Positions 18,818-27,556 of a stretch of DNA of 53,148 bases are shown here, one piece after another. Where the stretch lies: contig JBASZP010000348.1 of NCBI GenBank assembly GCA_049660965.1, positions 1-53,148 on the forward strand. The letters run 5' to 3'. Position numbers and translations under genes: made by a program. The stretch comes from Daejeonella sp. (lineage in GTDB: Bacteria > Bacteroidota > Bacteroidia > Sphingobacteriales > Sphingobacteriaceae). The notes beneath the pieces are model-generated. The model saw nothing but the letters and a program-made list of their open reading frames with translations, was not told the DNA's origin and searched no databases. Positions within the stretch are counted from its first letter, which is position 1, and the number at the start of each line of letters is the position of its first letter.

Positions 18818-20904
18818 TACTTTTTGTAGCTTTTATTTTTGGCAAACTCAAAAGAGGTTTTAAAATCCTCGTTTAATACGATATAGGCATCGAATTTCTT
18901 TCCAGCTTTGCTTTTCATTCCATTGATAAGAGAGGTTTTGCCTTTATTGACAAGGTTTTCAACATCGGCAATACTGATTTGCACTTCGCACACATTGCGG
19001 AACTGTACCCAATTACATTTTTCATCAGGGCATTTGACAATCTTATCACGGATAATCAAAGATTGATTTTTACATTTCGGGCAGACCAATTTTGGCAGGC
19101 TGTTTTGTGCAATGGAGGTTTGCAGCAATTCATCAGTAATGGATTTGGCGTAGGCTTCCATTTCCTTTTGAAATGCACCTGCATCGGCTTCGTTGTTTTC
19201 GATTTTCTGCAAAGCCACTTCCCATTCTGCGGTCATTGCCACATCTGCAATTTTCCGGTCTTTAACCAGCTTGTACACCTGCAATCCTTTTTCGGTAGGT
19301 ATTAAAGATTTCTTTTCCCTTTGGATATAGTTGCGAGTAAATAGGGTTTCGATAATCGCTGCTCTTGTAGCCGGAGTACCTATACCGATATTTTGCAGGG
19401 CTTTCCGTTCTTCTTCATTTTCGATTTCTTTTCCGGCTGTTTCCATTGCCGATAATAGTCCAGCTTCGGTATATAGCACTGGTGGTTTGGTTTTCTTTTC
19501 GAGAATGGCAGCTTCCTTTATTTTTAGCTCATCGCCTTTTTTCAGGTCGGGCAAATCCTGTATGGGTTCTGCTTCATCTTCCGAAAAGTTACCCTTAATC
19601 ATACGCCAGCCAGCCTCCAAAATTTTACAGCCTTTTGCCGTAAAATCATAGTGCATTACCTGCAAAGAAACATCGGTAATTTCTTTGATGCAGGCTTGTG
19701 AAATAGCTTCGAGCAAGCGAAAGGCAATCATATCATACACCGCATTTTCGTCCGCACTCAATACGGACGGGATTTTATCAGTAATCAACAAGCCGTGGTG
19801 GTCGGTAACACGCAAATCCTTTACAATACGTTTATTGAAACGCCCCCATTTTATCTTTAATAAAGCAGCTTTGCAGGTTTCCCTGTTTTGCAAAGCCCTT
19901 ACGAGGTTGGGGATTTCAGCCCACATATCTTCAGGAATGTATTTGCTCCCGGTACGTGGATAGGTTATGAATTTCTTTTCGTATAGGCTTTGGGCAATAT
20001 TCAGCGTTTTTTCGGCAGAAAGGTTCAGCTTTTTGTTGGCTTCCTTTTGCAAGCCTGTCAAATCAAAAAGTAAGGGCGGTTGCTCCGTTACATTTTTACT
20101 TTCTACGGAAGTAACGGTTACGGTATTGCCGTTCCTTTCAATAGAATTTAATGTATCATCAGCCAGCTTTTTATCCTGCCATTTGGTAACGGAGATACTT
20201 TTGAAATCAATTTGCTCTTTAGAGTGGGATAATTGTATCTGCCAGTATTTCTGTACGGCGAAATTCTTATTATCTATATACCGTTTGCAAATCAAAGCGA
20301 GTGTGGGCGTTTGCACCCTGCCGAGCGAATAAATGCCGTTCCCTACGGCTATGCTCAATGCCTGTGTAGCATTGATGCCTACGAGCCAATCGGCGCGGCT
20401 TCTCCCTTGTGCCGCCTGATACAATCCGTCAAATGCTGCCCCGCATTTTAGGTTGTCAAAGCCCTGTTTAATGGCTTTTTCGGTCATTGAGCTTATCCAA
20501 AGACGGTCAAAAGGTTTACGGCATTTCAGGTATTCATAAATGTACCGAAAGATGAGTTCGCCCTCACGACCTGCATCGGTTGCCACAATAAGGCTTTCAC
20601 TTTGATTAAACATTTTTTCGATAACCTTTAGCTGCTTCAACGCTCCGGCATCGGCTTGATAGCCTTTGTCCTTTTTCACTTTCCGGACGGTCAGCATAAA
20701 AGGGTTTGGAAGTATCGGCAGGGATGCTTTGTCAAATCCCGAAATGCCGTAATCTTCGGGCATTCCCAATCCTATTAAATGACCGAATGCCCACGTAACA
20801 AAATAGCCGTTACCTGTAAGGTAGCCGTCCTTTTTATCGGATGCTCCAACAAGTCCGGCTATTTCCCTTGCTACGCTTGGTTTTTCTGCAATAATTGTTT
20901 TCAT
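18817..20904 (-). CDS. topB: Type IA DNA topoisomerase III (ICE Exc-like)
   Basis: IAEKPSVA, ATDAGREGE, GRVQTPT, ITYPRT and GTPATRA motifs; C-terminal Zn ribbon. Confidence 0.95.
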   Translation of the reverse strand: MKTIIAEKPSVAREIAGLVGASDKKDGYLTGNGYFVTWAFGHLIGLGMPEDYGISGFDKASLPILPNPFMLTVRKVKKDKGYQADAGALKQLKVIEKMFNQSESLIVATDAGREGELIFRYIYEYLKCRKPFDRLWISSMTEKAIKQGFDNLKCGAAFDGLYQAAQGRSRADWLVGINATQALSIAVGNGIYSLGRVQTPTLALICKRYIDNKNFAVQKYWQIQLSHSKEQIDFKSISVTKWQDKKLADDTLNSIERNGNTVTVTSVESKNVTEQPPLLFDLTGLQKEANKKLNLSAEKTLNIAQSLYEKKFITYPRTGSKYIPEDMWAEIPNLVRALQNRETCKAALLKIKWGRFNKRIVKDLRVTDHHGLLITDKIPSVLSADENAVYDMIAFRLLEAISQACIKEITDVSLQVMHYDFTAKGCKILEAGWRMIKGNFSEDEAEPIQDLPDLKKGDELKIKEAAILEKKTKPPVLYTEAGLLSAMETAGKEIENEEERKALQNIGIGTPATRAAIIETLFTRNYIQREKKSLIPTEKGLQVYKLVKDRKIADVAMTAEWEVALQKIENNEADAGAFQKEMEAYAKSITDELLQTSIAQNSLPKLVCPKCKNQSLIIRDKIVKCPDEKCNWVQFRNVCEVQISIADVENLVNKGKTSLINGMKSKAGKKFDAYIVLNEDFKTSFEFAKNKSYKK

Positions 20905-20910
20905 ATTACT

Positions 20911-22395
20911 TTATACTTTTCTGCCTTTGGATTTTGCAGGGGCTTTGGGTTTGTTCTGTTGCTCCTGCTGTTTTTCATTTTTCGGTCTTTGCTGCCCCGA
21001 TTTCAAAGGCTCATTCACATTCTTAGTTGCTTCATTAGTTTTGCCCTCCGAATTAACCGCAGTTTGCGTTTTGTGACTTTCGGCAGGTTCTACCCGTGCT
21101 TTATATTGACCGGGGAACTCGAAATTGGTCTTTCCGGTATCTTTGTCGAAAGTGATATAACCTTTATACGGTTGGTCTTTTTTATCTTTCAGCTCAACAT
21201 AGATGGTTTGTCCGGCTTTGAACTTGTTGTACTGCTCATCATCCAGTTCTTTGCCTCTGAAAGTTCTCGGAGCTTCCTGCGGTTGGCTTTGCTCATTATT
21301 TTGCTGATTGTTTTGTTGGGTGCTTTGCGCTTGCTGATTGTTGTTGCTTCTGTCAAACAGGAACTCAACATATCTTTTGTCCGCATTAAACTGAACATTG
21401 GCACTAAACTCATCGCCCTTTTTAGAAATCATTCCCTCCAGATAAAGCGGTTTGCCCTCCATTAAGGTTTGTTTTTGTTCCTCATTCAGTTTCACGCCCT
21501 TAATCTCATCGGGAATTTTGACAAACTCGGTCTTCAAGGCAATCAGTTCATTGGTCAACCTGTCCACACTGATAATGGACGGCATCAGTTCGCCTGTCTT
21601 GGAGTTTACCAAACTGACAACACGCCCCATATTGCCTGTTTCGAGCAGGTTTTTCTTATCTTCATCGGTAAACTTGTGTCCGAAAAACTCAAAGTTCAGG
21701 TTCGGCTCTTTTCTGATACCGTGTATCGCTGCAACTACGGTTCCGTCTGGTGCGGTCTGTAATGACAAACGGGCATCTGTGCGAACGATAGCACCGCCGA
21801 GGTTTACGCTTACAGGTACAAGGTCATTGGTTTTGTAACCTCTAAGCAATGGGTCTAAAAGGTTCATTTTTTCAAGTCGTTCTTTGCCAATTCCCAGATT
21901 GTTCATTGTTTCCCAATCAATCTGTTCCGGCTTGAAGCGGTATTCGCTTGTTTCCGGTGTTGTTTGTGTTGTTGCCATATCATTTTTATTTTCTTGTTTC
22001 TGTTCATTCTGTTCACTTTGTTCATTTTTGGGTTCGGCTTTTACCTCGTTCTTTTTCATTTCCTTTTCGCCTTCGGGTGTGGGATTATCTACCTGCTTTT
22101 GCATTTCTTTCGCCTTGTCTATGGCTTCATCAGCCGATACTTTGAAAAATGAAAAATTGGTAGGATTTTTTAACTGCCTCCAAAAATTGGAGAAGAAATT
22201 GGAGAACAAATCGCCGTGTTTGTCCACACGCATAAACTGGCTTTGGTTTTCCTTTGTAGGGTCGGCAGTTTTCAATTTGCCGTTTTCATCTATACCAGTA
22301 ACTGCCTGTATTTTATTCTTTTGCTTATCCAGTACCAGCAATATATCCGATAGCTGTTCAGGAGTTTCCTGTTTGATTTCTATTTCTTCACTCAT
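20911..22395 (-). CDS. DUF4099/DUF3945 domain protein (ICE backbone)
   Basis: FSNFFSNF and IDWETM..LG motifs, QTAVNSEGKTNEATK tail; position upstream of topB. Confidence 0.85.
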   Translation of the reverse strand: MSEEIEIKQETPEQLSDILLVLDKQKNKIQAVTGIDENGKLKTADPTKENQSQFMRVDKHGDLFSNFFSNFWRQLKNPTNFSFFKVSADEAIDKAKEMQKQVDNPTPEGEKEMKKNEVKAEPKNEQSEQNEQKQENKNDMATTQTTPETSEYRFKPEQIDWETMNNLGIGKERLEKMNLLDPLLRGYKTNDLVPVSVNLGGAIVRTDARLSLQTAPDGTVVAAIHGIRKEPNLNFEFFGHKFTDEDKKNLLETGNMGRVVSLVNSKTGELMPSIISVDRLTNELIALKTEFVKIPDEIKGVKLNEEQKQTLMEGKPLYLEGMISKKGDEFSANVQFNADKRYVEFLFDRSNNNQQAQSTQQNNQQNNEQSQPQEAPRTFRGKELDDEQYNKFKAGQTIYVELKDKKDQPYKGYITFDKDTGKTNFEFPGQYKARVEPAESHKTQTAVNSEGKTNEATKNVNEPLKSGQQRPKNEKQQEQQNKPKAPAKSKGRKV

Positions 22396-22421
22396 AATAT
22401 GAAATTTTAAAGTTCAAATGC

Positions 22422-22491
22422 CGAATGTATAGGAAGCGTTCGCTCACTTGCCTGATGTGGCAGTCAAAGGCAGTGTTTGTCATCCATTGGC
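22422..22491 (-). promoter_or_regulatory. -7 element with 4x TGGC-like array at 10-bp period
   Basis: TGGC/AGGC/TGTC/TGGC at 22458, 22468, 22478 and 22488; TACATTCG (minus strand) at 22422-22429. Confidence 0.7.
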
Positions 22492-22788
22492 GTTCAGTTT
22501 GGGCAGAGGCGGATTAAAACTTTCCCTGATAAACTGATGCACGTCTGATAGTTTGTAATACAGTTTCCCGCTTATCGTGTAATAGGGCAGCTTGCCGATG
22601 GAGCGATAACGTTGCAGGGAACGGTTGCTGATTTTCAGCATTTGAAGTAAATCCTGATTATCGAGCAATTCCTCTCCATCAATGCTGTTACGTTTCTTTT
22701 GTAAGCTGTCTATATTGTCGCCCAGCATATCGAGGCGTTCCATTAGGCGTTCCATCCACGCCAAAAATTCCATTCTGTCAATATTCAT
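22480..22788 (-). CDS. Excisionase-like HTH_17 DNA-binding protein
   Basis: LLDNQDLLQMLKISNRSLQRYR..G.LPY; start MNIDR chosen. Confidence 0.88.
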   Translation of the reverse strand: MNIDRMEFLAWMERLMERLDMLGDNIDSLQKKRNSIDGEELLDNQDLLQMLKISNRSLQRYRSIGKLPYYTISGKLYYKLSDVHQFIRESFNPPLPKLNANG

Positions 22789-22813
22789 AGAAATATGCTT
22801 TTGAGGGTTCAAT

Positions 22814-23167
22814 CTATTTTTTATCTGCCTTTATCTTCCTGCCTTTTTCGATATAACTTTTGCCTTTTGCCATAAGCTCCTGCACAAATTCATCGCTGCT
22901 TTGTATGGCATTGGCATTGAGCATATCCTTGATTGCTCCAATCGTATAGAAATATTGCCCGTAGAGTTTTGAATAAGCTATTTCGCCTTTGGTACGCATA
23001 CGCCACAAAGTCTTTTCGCTGATGTGCAGGTATTGACATACCTCGTGGTTGTTCAGCCACAGATCATCATAGCTTGTATCATTTAATCTTTTGAGATAAT
23101 CGGCAATCGCATTGATACGGCTGTTGAGCTGTTGCCACGCTTCTTCTTCGATAGTGATTATTTTCAT
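22814..23167 (-). CDS. Excisionase-like HTH_17 DNA-binding protein
   Basis: WLNNHEVCQYLHISEKTLWRMR..G.I.Y; ATG at 23167. Confidence 0.88.
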   Translation of the reverse strand: MKIITIEEEAWQQLNSRINAIADYLKRLNDTSYDDLWLNNHEVCQYLHISEKTLWRMRTKGEIAYSKLYGQYFYTIGAIKDMLNANAIQSSDEFVQELMAKGKSYIEKGRKIKADKK

Positions 23168-23362
23168 TGCATTACTATTAATGTTCACAATGCAAAATTG
23201 CTAAGGGTGGCAGAGTTTGTCTGCCAATGTTTGCCAATTGGTTAGGCGGTTTTCTGAAAATTTTTGTAATTGAGGGAAAACCTTTATTTAGTAAGGGTTT
23301 TGAGGGTTTTTAAATTACTTATTACATCATTTTGCTTCCATTTGCCAATGGGCGGATATGGG

Positions 23363-23397
23363 CAAAAAAAAACAGTACACGGAAATGTACTGCTTTG
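23363..23397 (-). terminator. Intrinsic terminator after rteC
   Basis: Minus strand GCAGTACA-TTTCCG-TGTACTGT followed by a T run. Confidence 0.75.
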
Positions 23398-23416
23398 AAA
23401 TAATGCCTTTTGATAG

Positions 23417-24268
23417 TCAAAGGTCTTTATCCATATATTCTTCCAACGAAATTTTAAGCTGGTCTAAAAACGCCGTTCTTGAACCTGCACGGGTTTTCAT
23501 TCTATGGAAGGCGTGATGTATATCATTTAAGGGAGTTCGGAAAAGGATTTGGAAAATCAAAGCCAGCTTTCGGATACCGATATTTCCGTTAGAAACTGAA
23601 CTGGAAGCATACAGGGCGTATATCAGTTCAATAAGTGCGTTGTTTGAATTTGTCCACGAAATGTCCTTACTGATTTCGTCATTCAGATTTAATAGAACCA
23701 GGTCAGGGTTTTCTTCGGGATTTATTTTGTTTAGTAAATAAGTATAGAGTAGTTCATTGGCAATAATATGGGCTATTTTGTTATCATAATAAGTGGAAAA
23801 GCTAAGGTCTATTTCAAAAACTCCACTATTCAAACCATCGTGGTAATTAATTTTCCCAAGCATAAAATAGCTGTGGTCACGGTCTGTCCTTCCTGCACGG
23901 TAATACCTGTAAAAATAAGTGTTGCAAATACTCTCCTTATATTCTGATTTGAGAGATTTCAATTCATTCTCGAAATAGCTCTGATGTATTTCTCCTGTAT
24001 TGACAGGGCAGGTTGTTTCGATGCGGAAAACTTTGTTATAGTAAATGAGCTTTCCTAAGATTTGTGGTTTGATGTTCTTGAAAAAGTCAATTTCCTGTTC
24101 GTCATTTTTAAATCCACCTTTTAATACTTTGGCTTTTACATTTTGCATCATTTCATTTAGGAATAAGGTCATTTGGTATGCCTCTTCCGCCGTGGGCATT
24201 AATTCGGAAGCGAGTTTATCTTCGTGATGCCTAATCTGCGATAATATTTTACTCAACAGGATTTCCAT
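23417..24268 (-). CDS. rteC: RteC-domain regulator (second copy)
   Basis: EIDFFKNIKPQILGKLIYY, WTNSNNALIELIYAL and RTAFLD motifs. Confidence 0.88.
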   Translation of the reverse strand: MEILLSKILSQIRHHEDKLASELMPTAEEAYQMTLFLNEMMQNVKAKVLKGGFKNDEQEIDFFKNIKPQILGKLIYYNKVFRIETTCPVNTGEIHQSYFENELKSLKSEYKESICNTYFYRYYRAGRTDRDHSYFMLGKINYHDGLNSGVFEIDLSFSTYYDNKIAHIIANELLYTYLLNKINPEENPDLVLLNLNDEISKDISWTNSNNALIELIYALYASSSVSNGNIGIRKLALIFQILFRTPLNDIHHAFHRMKTRAGSRTAFLDQLKISLEEYMDKDL

Positions 24269-24707
24269 AGCTTAGTCTTTTAAAGTTATCACTATCTGTT
24301 TCGGAATTGCATCTATTGATGATAAGTCAAAATTTGTAAAATATAATCGAATAAATATCACAGGTTCCCCACAGTGGGGGGATTTTTTTTGATATTTTTT
24401 GTATGGGAGGGAACAAAAAAAGGGTAACGCAGCAATGCACTTTACCCATTATTTTTTTATATTTGCAGTATTGATTTACAGGGTAATCAGATGAAAGCGA
24501 GTGCAGTAAGCACCATTACTAAATCGTTACCGATTGGATTTTCCACTCTTGTAAACTACTCTTTATTAGCCACTTTGGGCTATATTAATCTTTTTTTGAA
24601 AAAACTTACTGGTAATAGAGCAATACTTTGCTTAAACACGATTTCCTTAAAACCAATCAAAATAAACAGATGGTCCGCTTACAGAGCGTGGATTATTAAA
24701 TTCTCTT

Positions 24708-24914
24708 TCACCTCATGTTTTTATCCAGCAATACAGAATCCGATTTAGACCTGGAGCCTGTGGTATCTACCGCTCCGGAATCTTTTACTGTTAGACCGGT
24801 AGTGTCTGTTATCGCACTAGCTGTAGTTGATATATTTCCATTATTAGTTGAGCGGTTACAAGCCGAAAAAGCAAAGAGTGATAAGATAAGCGCTGTTACT
24901 ATTTTAGAGTTAAT
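24708..24914 (-). CDS. Small lipoprotein not in the ORF track; no canonical start (ATT assumed)
   Basis: INSKIVTALILSLFAFSAC lipobox, then S/T/D-rich body to TGA at 24708-24710. Confidence 0.6.
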   Translation of the reverse strand: MNSKIVTALILSLFAFSACNRSTNNGNISTTASAITDTTGLTVKDSGAVDTTGSRSKSDSVLLDKNMR

Positions 24915-25065
24915 GAGTACTTTCCTTTTAGAGGTGAGTATGATATAAACAAAAAGGAAGAACTTTAGATTTCTTTTTCTATAAAAACAGGAAAATTTAT
25001 ATGATAAGATGCTGTACGATAAAACGAAATGAGCCTGTTAATTCTGCCCCCCTTAAACTCCGGAT

Positions 25066-25210
25066 GGCATCAAAAAAGTTTTACATATACTGCTGAAACT
25101 TACAAGGGCATCAAAAAATGTTTTATATATACCACTGAAACTTACAAGGACATCAAAAAAAGTTTTATATATACCGCTGAAACTTACCAGGGCATCAAAC
25201 AAGGATTTTG
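25066..25210. repeat. Tandem repeat, about 3.5 x 41-42 bp
   Basis: Unit ~GGCATCAAAAAAAGTTTTATATATACCGCTGAAACTTACAAG starts at 25066, 25107, 25149 and 25191 (partial). Confidence 0.9.
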
Positions 25211-25295
25211 CTATCAAGCTAAAGTATTTTAATAAATGGTTTTGGGGTTTGTTTACGAATTGAAGCGGATAAGTTAATTCTCACAAGCAGTAGAA

Positions 25296-26087
25296 TTAAG
25301 AATCAAAGCAGAACACAATTCTAACATTTTCCGGTGCTCCATAATATGAAAGCTGATCGATCAGATGAGTTAGAAACTGTTCACCTACTGCTTCTTTATA
25401 GGTTGAAATGAACCCGGTCTTTTTATACTCTTACAATTTAACATCCTGTGCAAATATAACTTTGTCTTCTTTCCTTATCTGCATAAGAGATGCAGGGTCT
25501 GTAAGTTCAGATTGACTAAAAGAACAGGAATTTTTAATAAAACAAAATCGTTCAATCTCTTTATCCCAATCAAATTCCATAATTTCCTGCAGAGTTAACC
25601 AGCTATGCTTAGCCCTATCCTCAAAAGAGTACTTATCTGTCGTATAAATTTCTTTAAGAGTATTAAAATATCTGTATGATTGCATAGATAAATCAGAAGG
25701 TAATCCCCTGATAGGTCTTATTGGTACATAATCATCTATAGATCTAATGTTTTTTAAACCAGGATAACCCAAAACAGCAAACCATTCATAATTCCTGATG
25801 TCGGTAATATAGGCGGGTATAAATTTAGGTATGAGTTTATAATATGCGATCTCCTCTTCAAAATCAGATTTAGTATTTTCACTTAACAGGTTTTCATATT
25901 CCTCTTTCTGAATAGCATTTAAATCGCCTGAACTTAGCTTTTTATATTGTTCTAATTTGTTCTGCTTGATGTATAATTCGCTTACTATCTTTTTATTGAA
26001 TGTATATTCTTTATTCAGTATTAATGGTTCAGCTAATTCCCATTTTGTTTTTTTTACTTCTGCCCAACAGTAAATATCTACACCCAT
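25296..26087 (-). pseudogene. Phage-like hypothetical protein (MGxDI..VRIVFxFD family) with internal TAA at 25431-25433
   Basis: Frame continues 44 codons past the stop to ...ENVRIVFCFDS* at 25296. Confidence 0.7.
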
Positions 26088-26122
26088 ATTAACTATTTTT
26101 ATTAGTTGATGATTAGTGCTTT

Positions 26123-26548
26123 TTAAAACTCAGAAAAGGCCTGTAGATAACTCTCTTTATTAAATTCAATGGGCTTAATGTTGGTATATAACTCCATTTC
26201 CTCGAAACCATTTTCATAGCCAAAATCTTCCCATATTATGCTATTAGCAACGCCTTTTATACTGGCGGTTATTGCTCCGCAGCCAATATCGCCGCACTCG
26301 GGGCAAACATACAGGGATACACGTTTGGTTTTTAATTCCGGGTTTCCCTGGAGTTTAAAGCTATTTTTAATCTGCTTAATCTGTTTTTCATCATCTGTCC
26401 ATCCAAAAGAAGTGATCATATCAGAATCTTCCAGACCTAAAATTGTCTTTAGAGATTTACCCGATATCATAAAATCAAGAAAATGCCGCTCTGTTTTGCC
26501 TTTATTATCTCCCTGCCTTATGGCTTTTTTAAAGCTTAGTGTATTCAT
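26123..26548 (-). CDS. Hypothetical protein with CPECGDIGC motif
   Basis: 141-aa ORF co-oriented with its neighbours; Cys cluster. Confidence 0.75.
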   Translation of the reverse strand: MNTLSFKKAIRQGDNKGKTERHFLDFMISGKSLKTILGLEDSDMITSFGWTDDEKQIKQIKNSFKLQGNPELKTKRVSLYVCPECGDIGCGAITASIKGVANSIIWEDFGYENGFEEMELYTNIKPIEFNKESYLQAFSEF

Positions 26549-26681
26549 TTACCATGTAATTATATTGTAAAAGAAATAACTCGGAATAGTATAGCTTGTA
26601 GATTATTAACTAAATAAACCAACTCGCCCTCTTTAGGAACATGAAAGTATTTGATTATGCTATTATAGTGGCAATACTATT

Positions 26682-27263
26682 TTATAAATCTTTAACCAGA
26701 ATATCAAATATTCCTCCAGTAATAGCCAATGAATCTTTAGAATTATTGGAATTGTATATATAACCAGAAAACTTTCCAGATACAATCCTCTTCCCATTTA
26801 GTGTTAATTCATTTTTATTAATATTTAATATAAGAGGTTTTTTGTCATCACTGGTATAATCACCATGATAATCAGTAAAAAGTAATCTATTGTTTTCAGC
26901 TAAACCTAATTCATATTCATTAATAAATGGCTGTTTTTTAATTAAAGAAATGCTCATAGATTCTTCCCGAATAGTATCTCCTTTTTTTACTACCGACAAT
27001 CTTCCTGAAAGGTAAAGTATAGTATCAGCATTATTATTAATCTTTACAAATCCACTTCCGAGTAAATTATCACCATATCCACCTTCAGCTCCAAGTCTGT
27101 GTTTACCATAATTAGTCCACACTCTCTCGTTTACAAGACAGCCAAATGTATTTTTACCTGTTTCTGAATATAGAGGTAATGTTAATGAATTGATTTCAGA
27201 TATATTGTCATATTGATCACAACCTATCAGAAATAATAAAATAATAAAATTCAATTTTTTCAT
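26682..27263 (-). CDS. Hypothetical lipoprotein
   Basis: MKKLNFIILLFLIGC lipobox; LP..ETGKNTFGCLVN and ITGGIFD. Confidence 0.78.
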   Translation of the reverse strand: MKKLNFIILLFLIGCDQYDNISEINSLTLPLYSETGKNTFGCLVNERVWTNYGKHRLGAEGGYGDNLLGSGFVKINNNADTILYLSGRLSVVKKGDTIREESMSISLIKKQPFINEYELGLAENNRLLFTDYHGDYTSDDKKPLILNINKNELTLNGKRIVSGKFSGYIYNSNNSKDSLAITGGIFDILVKDL

Positions 27264-27490
27264 AGGAAAAGTTTTTTAAAGTTAATAAATTTTATCAATA
27301 AAGAATGTATTAGAACATATTTAGGGGTTTTTACTTTTATTATTAATAGAAATCTATGATAATATTAGAATTAAATACATAGATATACTAAATTTCATTC
27401 CATAAGTGAAAACTAGCATTGCGATGAGTGTAAAGAGTTGCATTTCTCGACCGGGCTAAAAGGAGTCCGTTTAAAGGTAGATTTACTCCT

Positions 27491-27517
27491 AAAAGCCCTG
27501 GCGTAAACCAAGGCTTT
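27491..27517 (-). terminator. Intrinsic terminator after nrdJ
   Basis: Minus strand AAAGCCTTGG-TTTACG-CCAGGGCTTTT. Confidence 0.65.
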
Positions 27518-27556
27518 CTCAAATCTCCTATTCCCAATACTCACATTTGATAAAAA

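Larger units (their letters stand above)
1..24540. mobile_element. Integrative conjugative element (CTnDOT/ICEEa-like), right part; left end outside window, right boundary approximate
   Basis: Backbone gene set (rteC x2, two Xis-like HTH genes, DUF3945, topB, DUF1896, methylase-helicase). Sequence looks more AT-rich and gene content becomes host-like after ~24.5 kb. Confidence 0.88.

Noticed and set aside
10489..22402. Many short plus-strand ORFs inside the methylase, topB and DUF3945 genes
   Set aside because: Antisense shadows of well-supported genes
25066..25210. CRISPR array
   Set aside because: Units are contiguous with no unique spacers, and there are no cas genes
24491..25232. Plus-strand ORFs 24491-24748, 24715-24948 and 25029-25232
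   Set aside because: They span the att-like region, are antisense to the lipoprotein frame, or are simply the repeat's translation; no recognisable protein features
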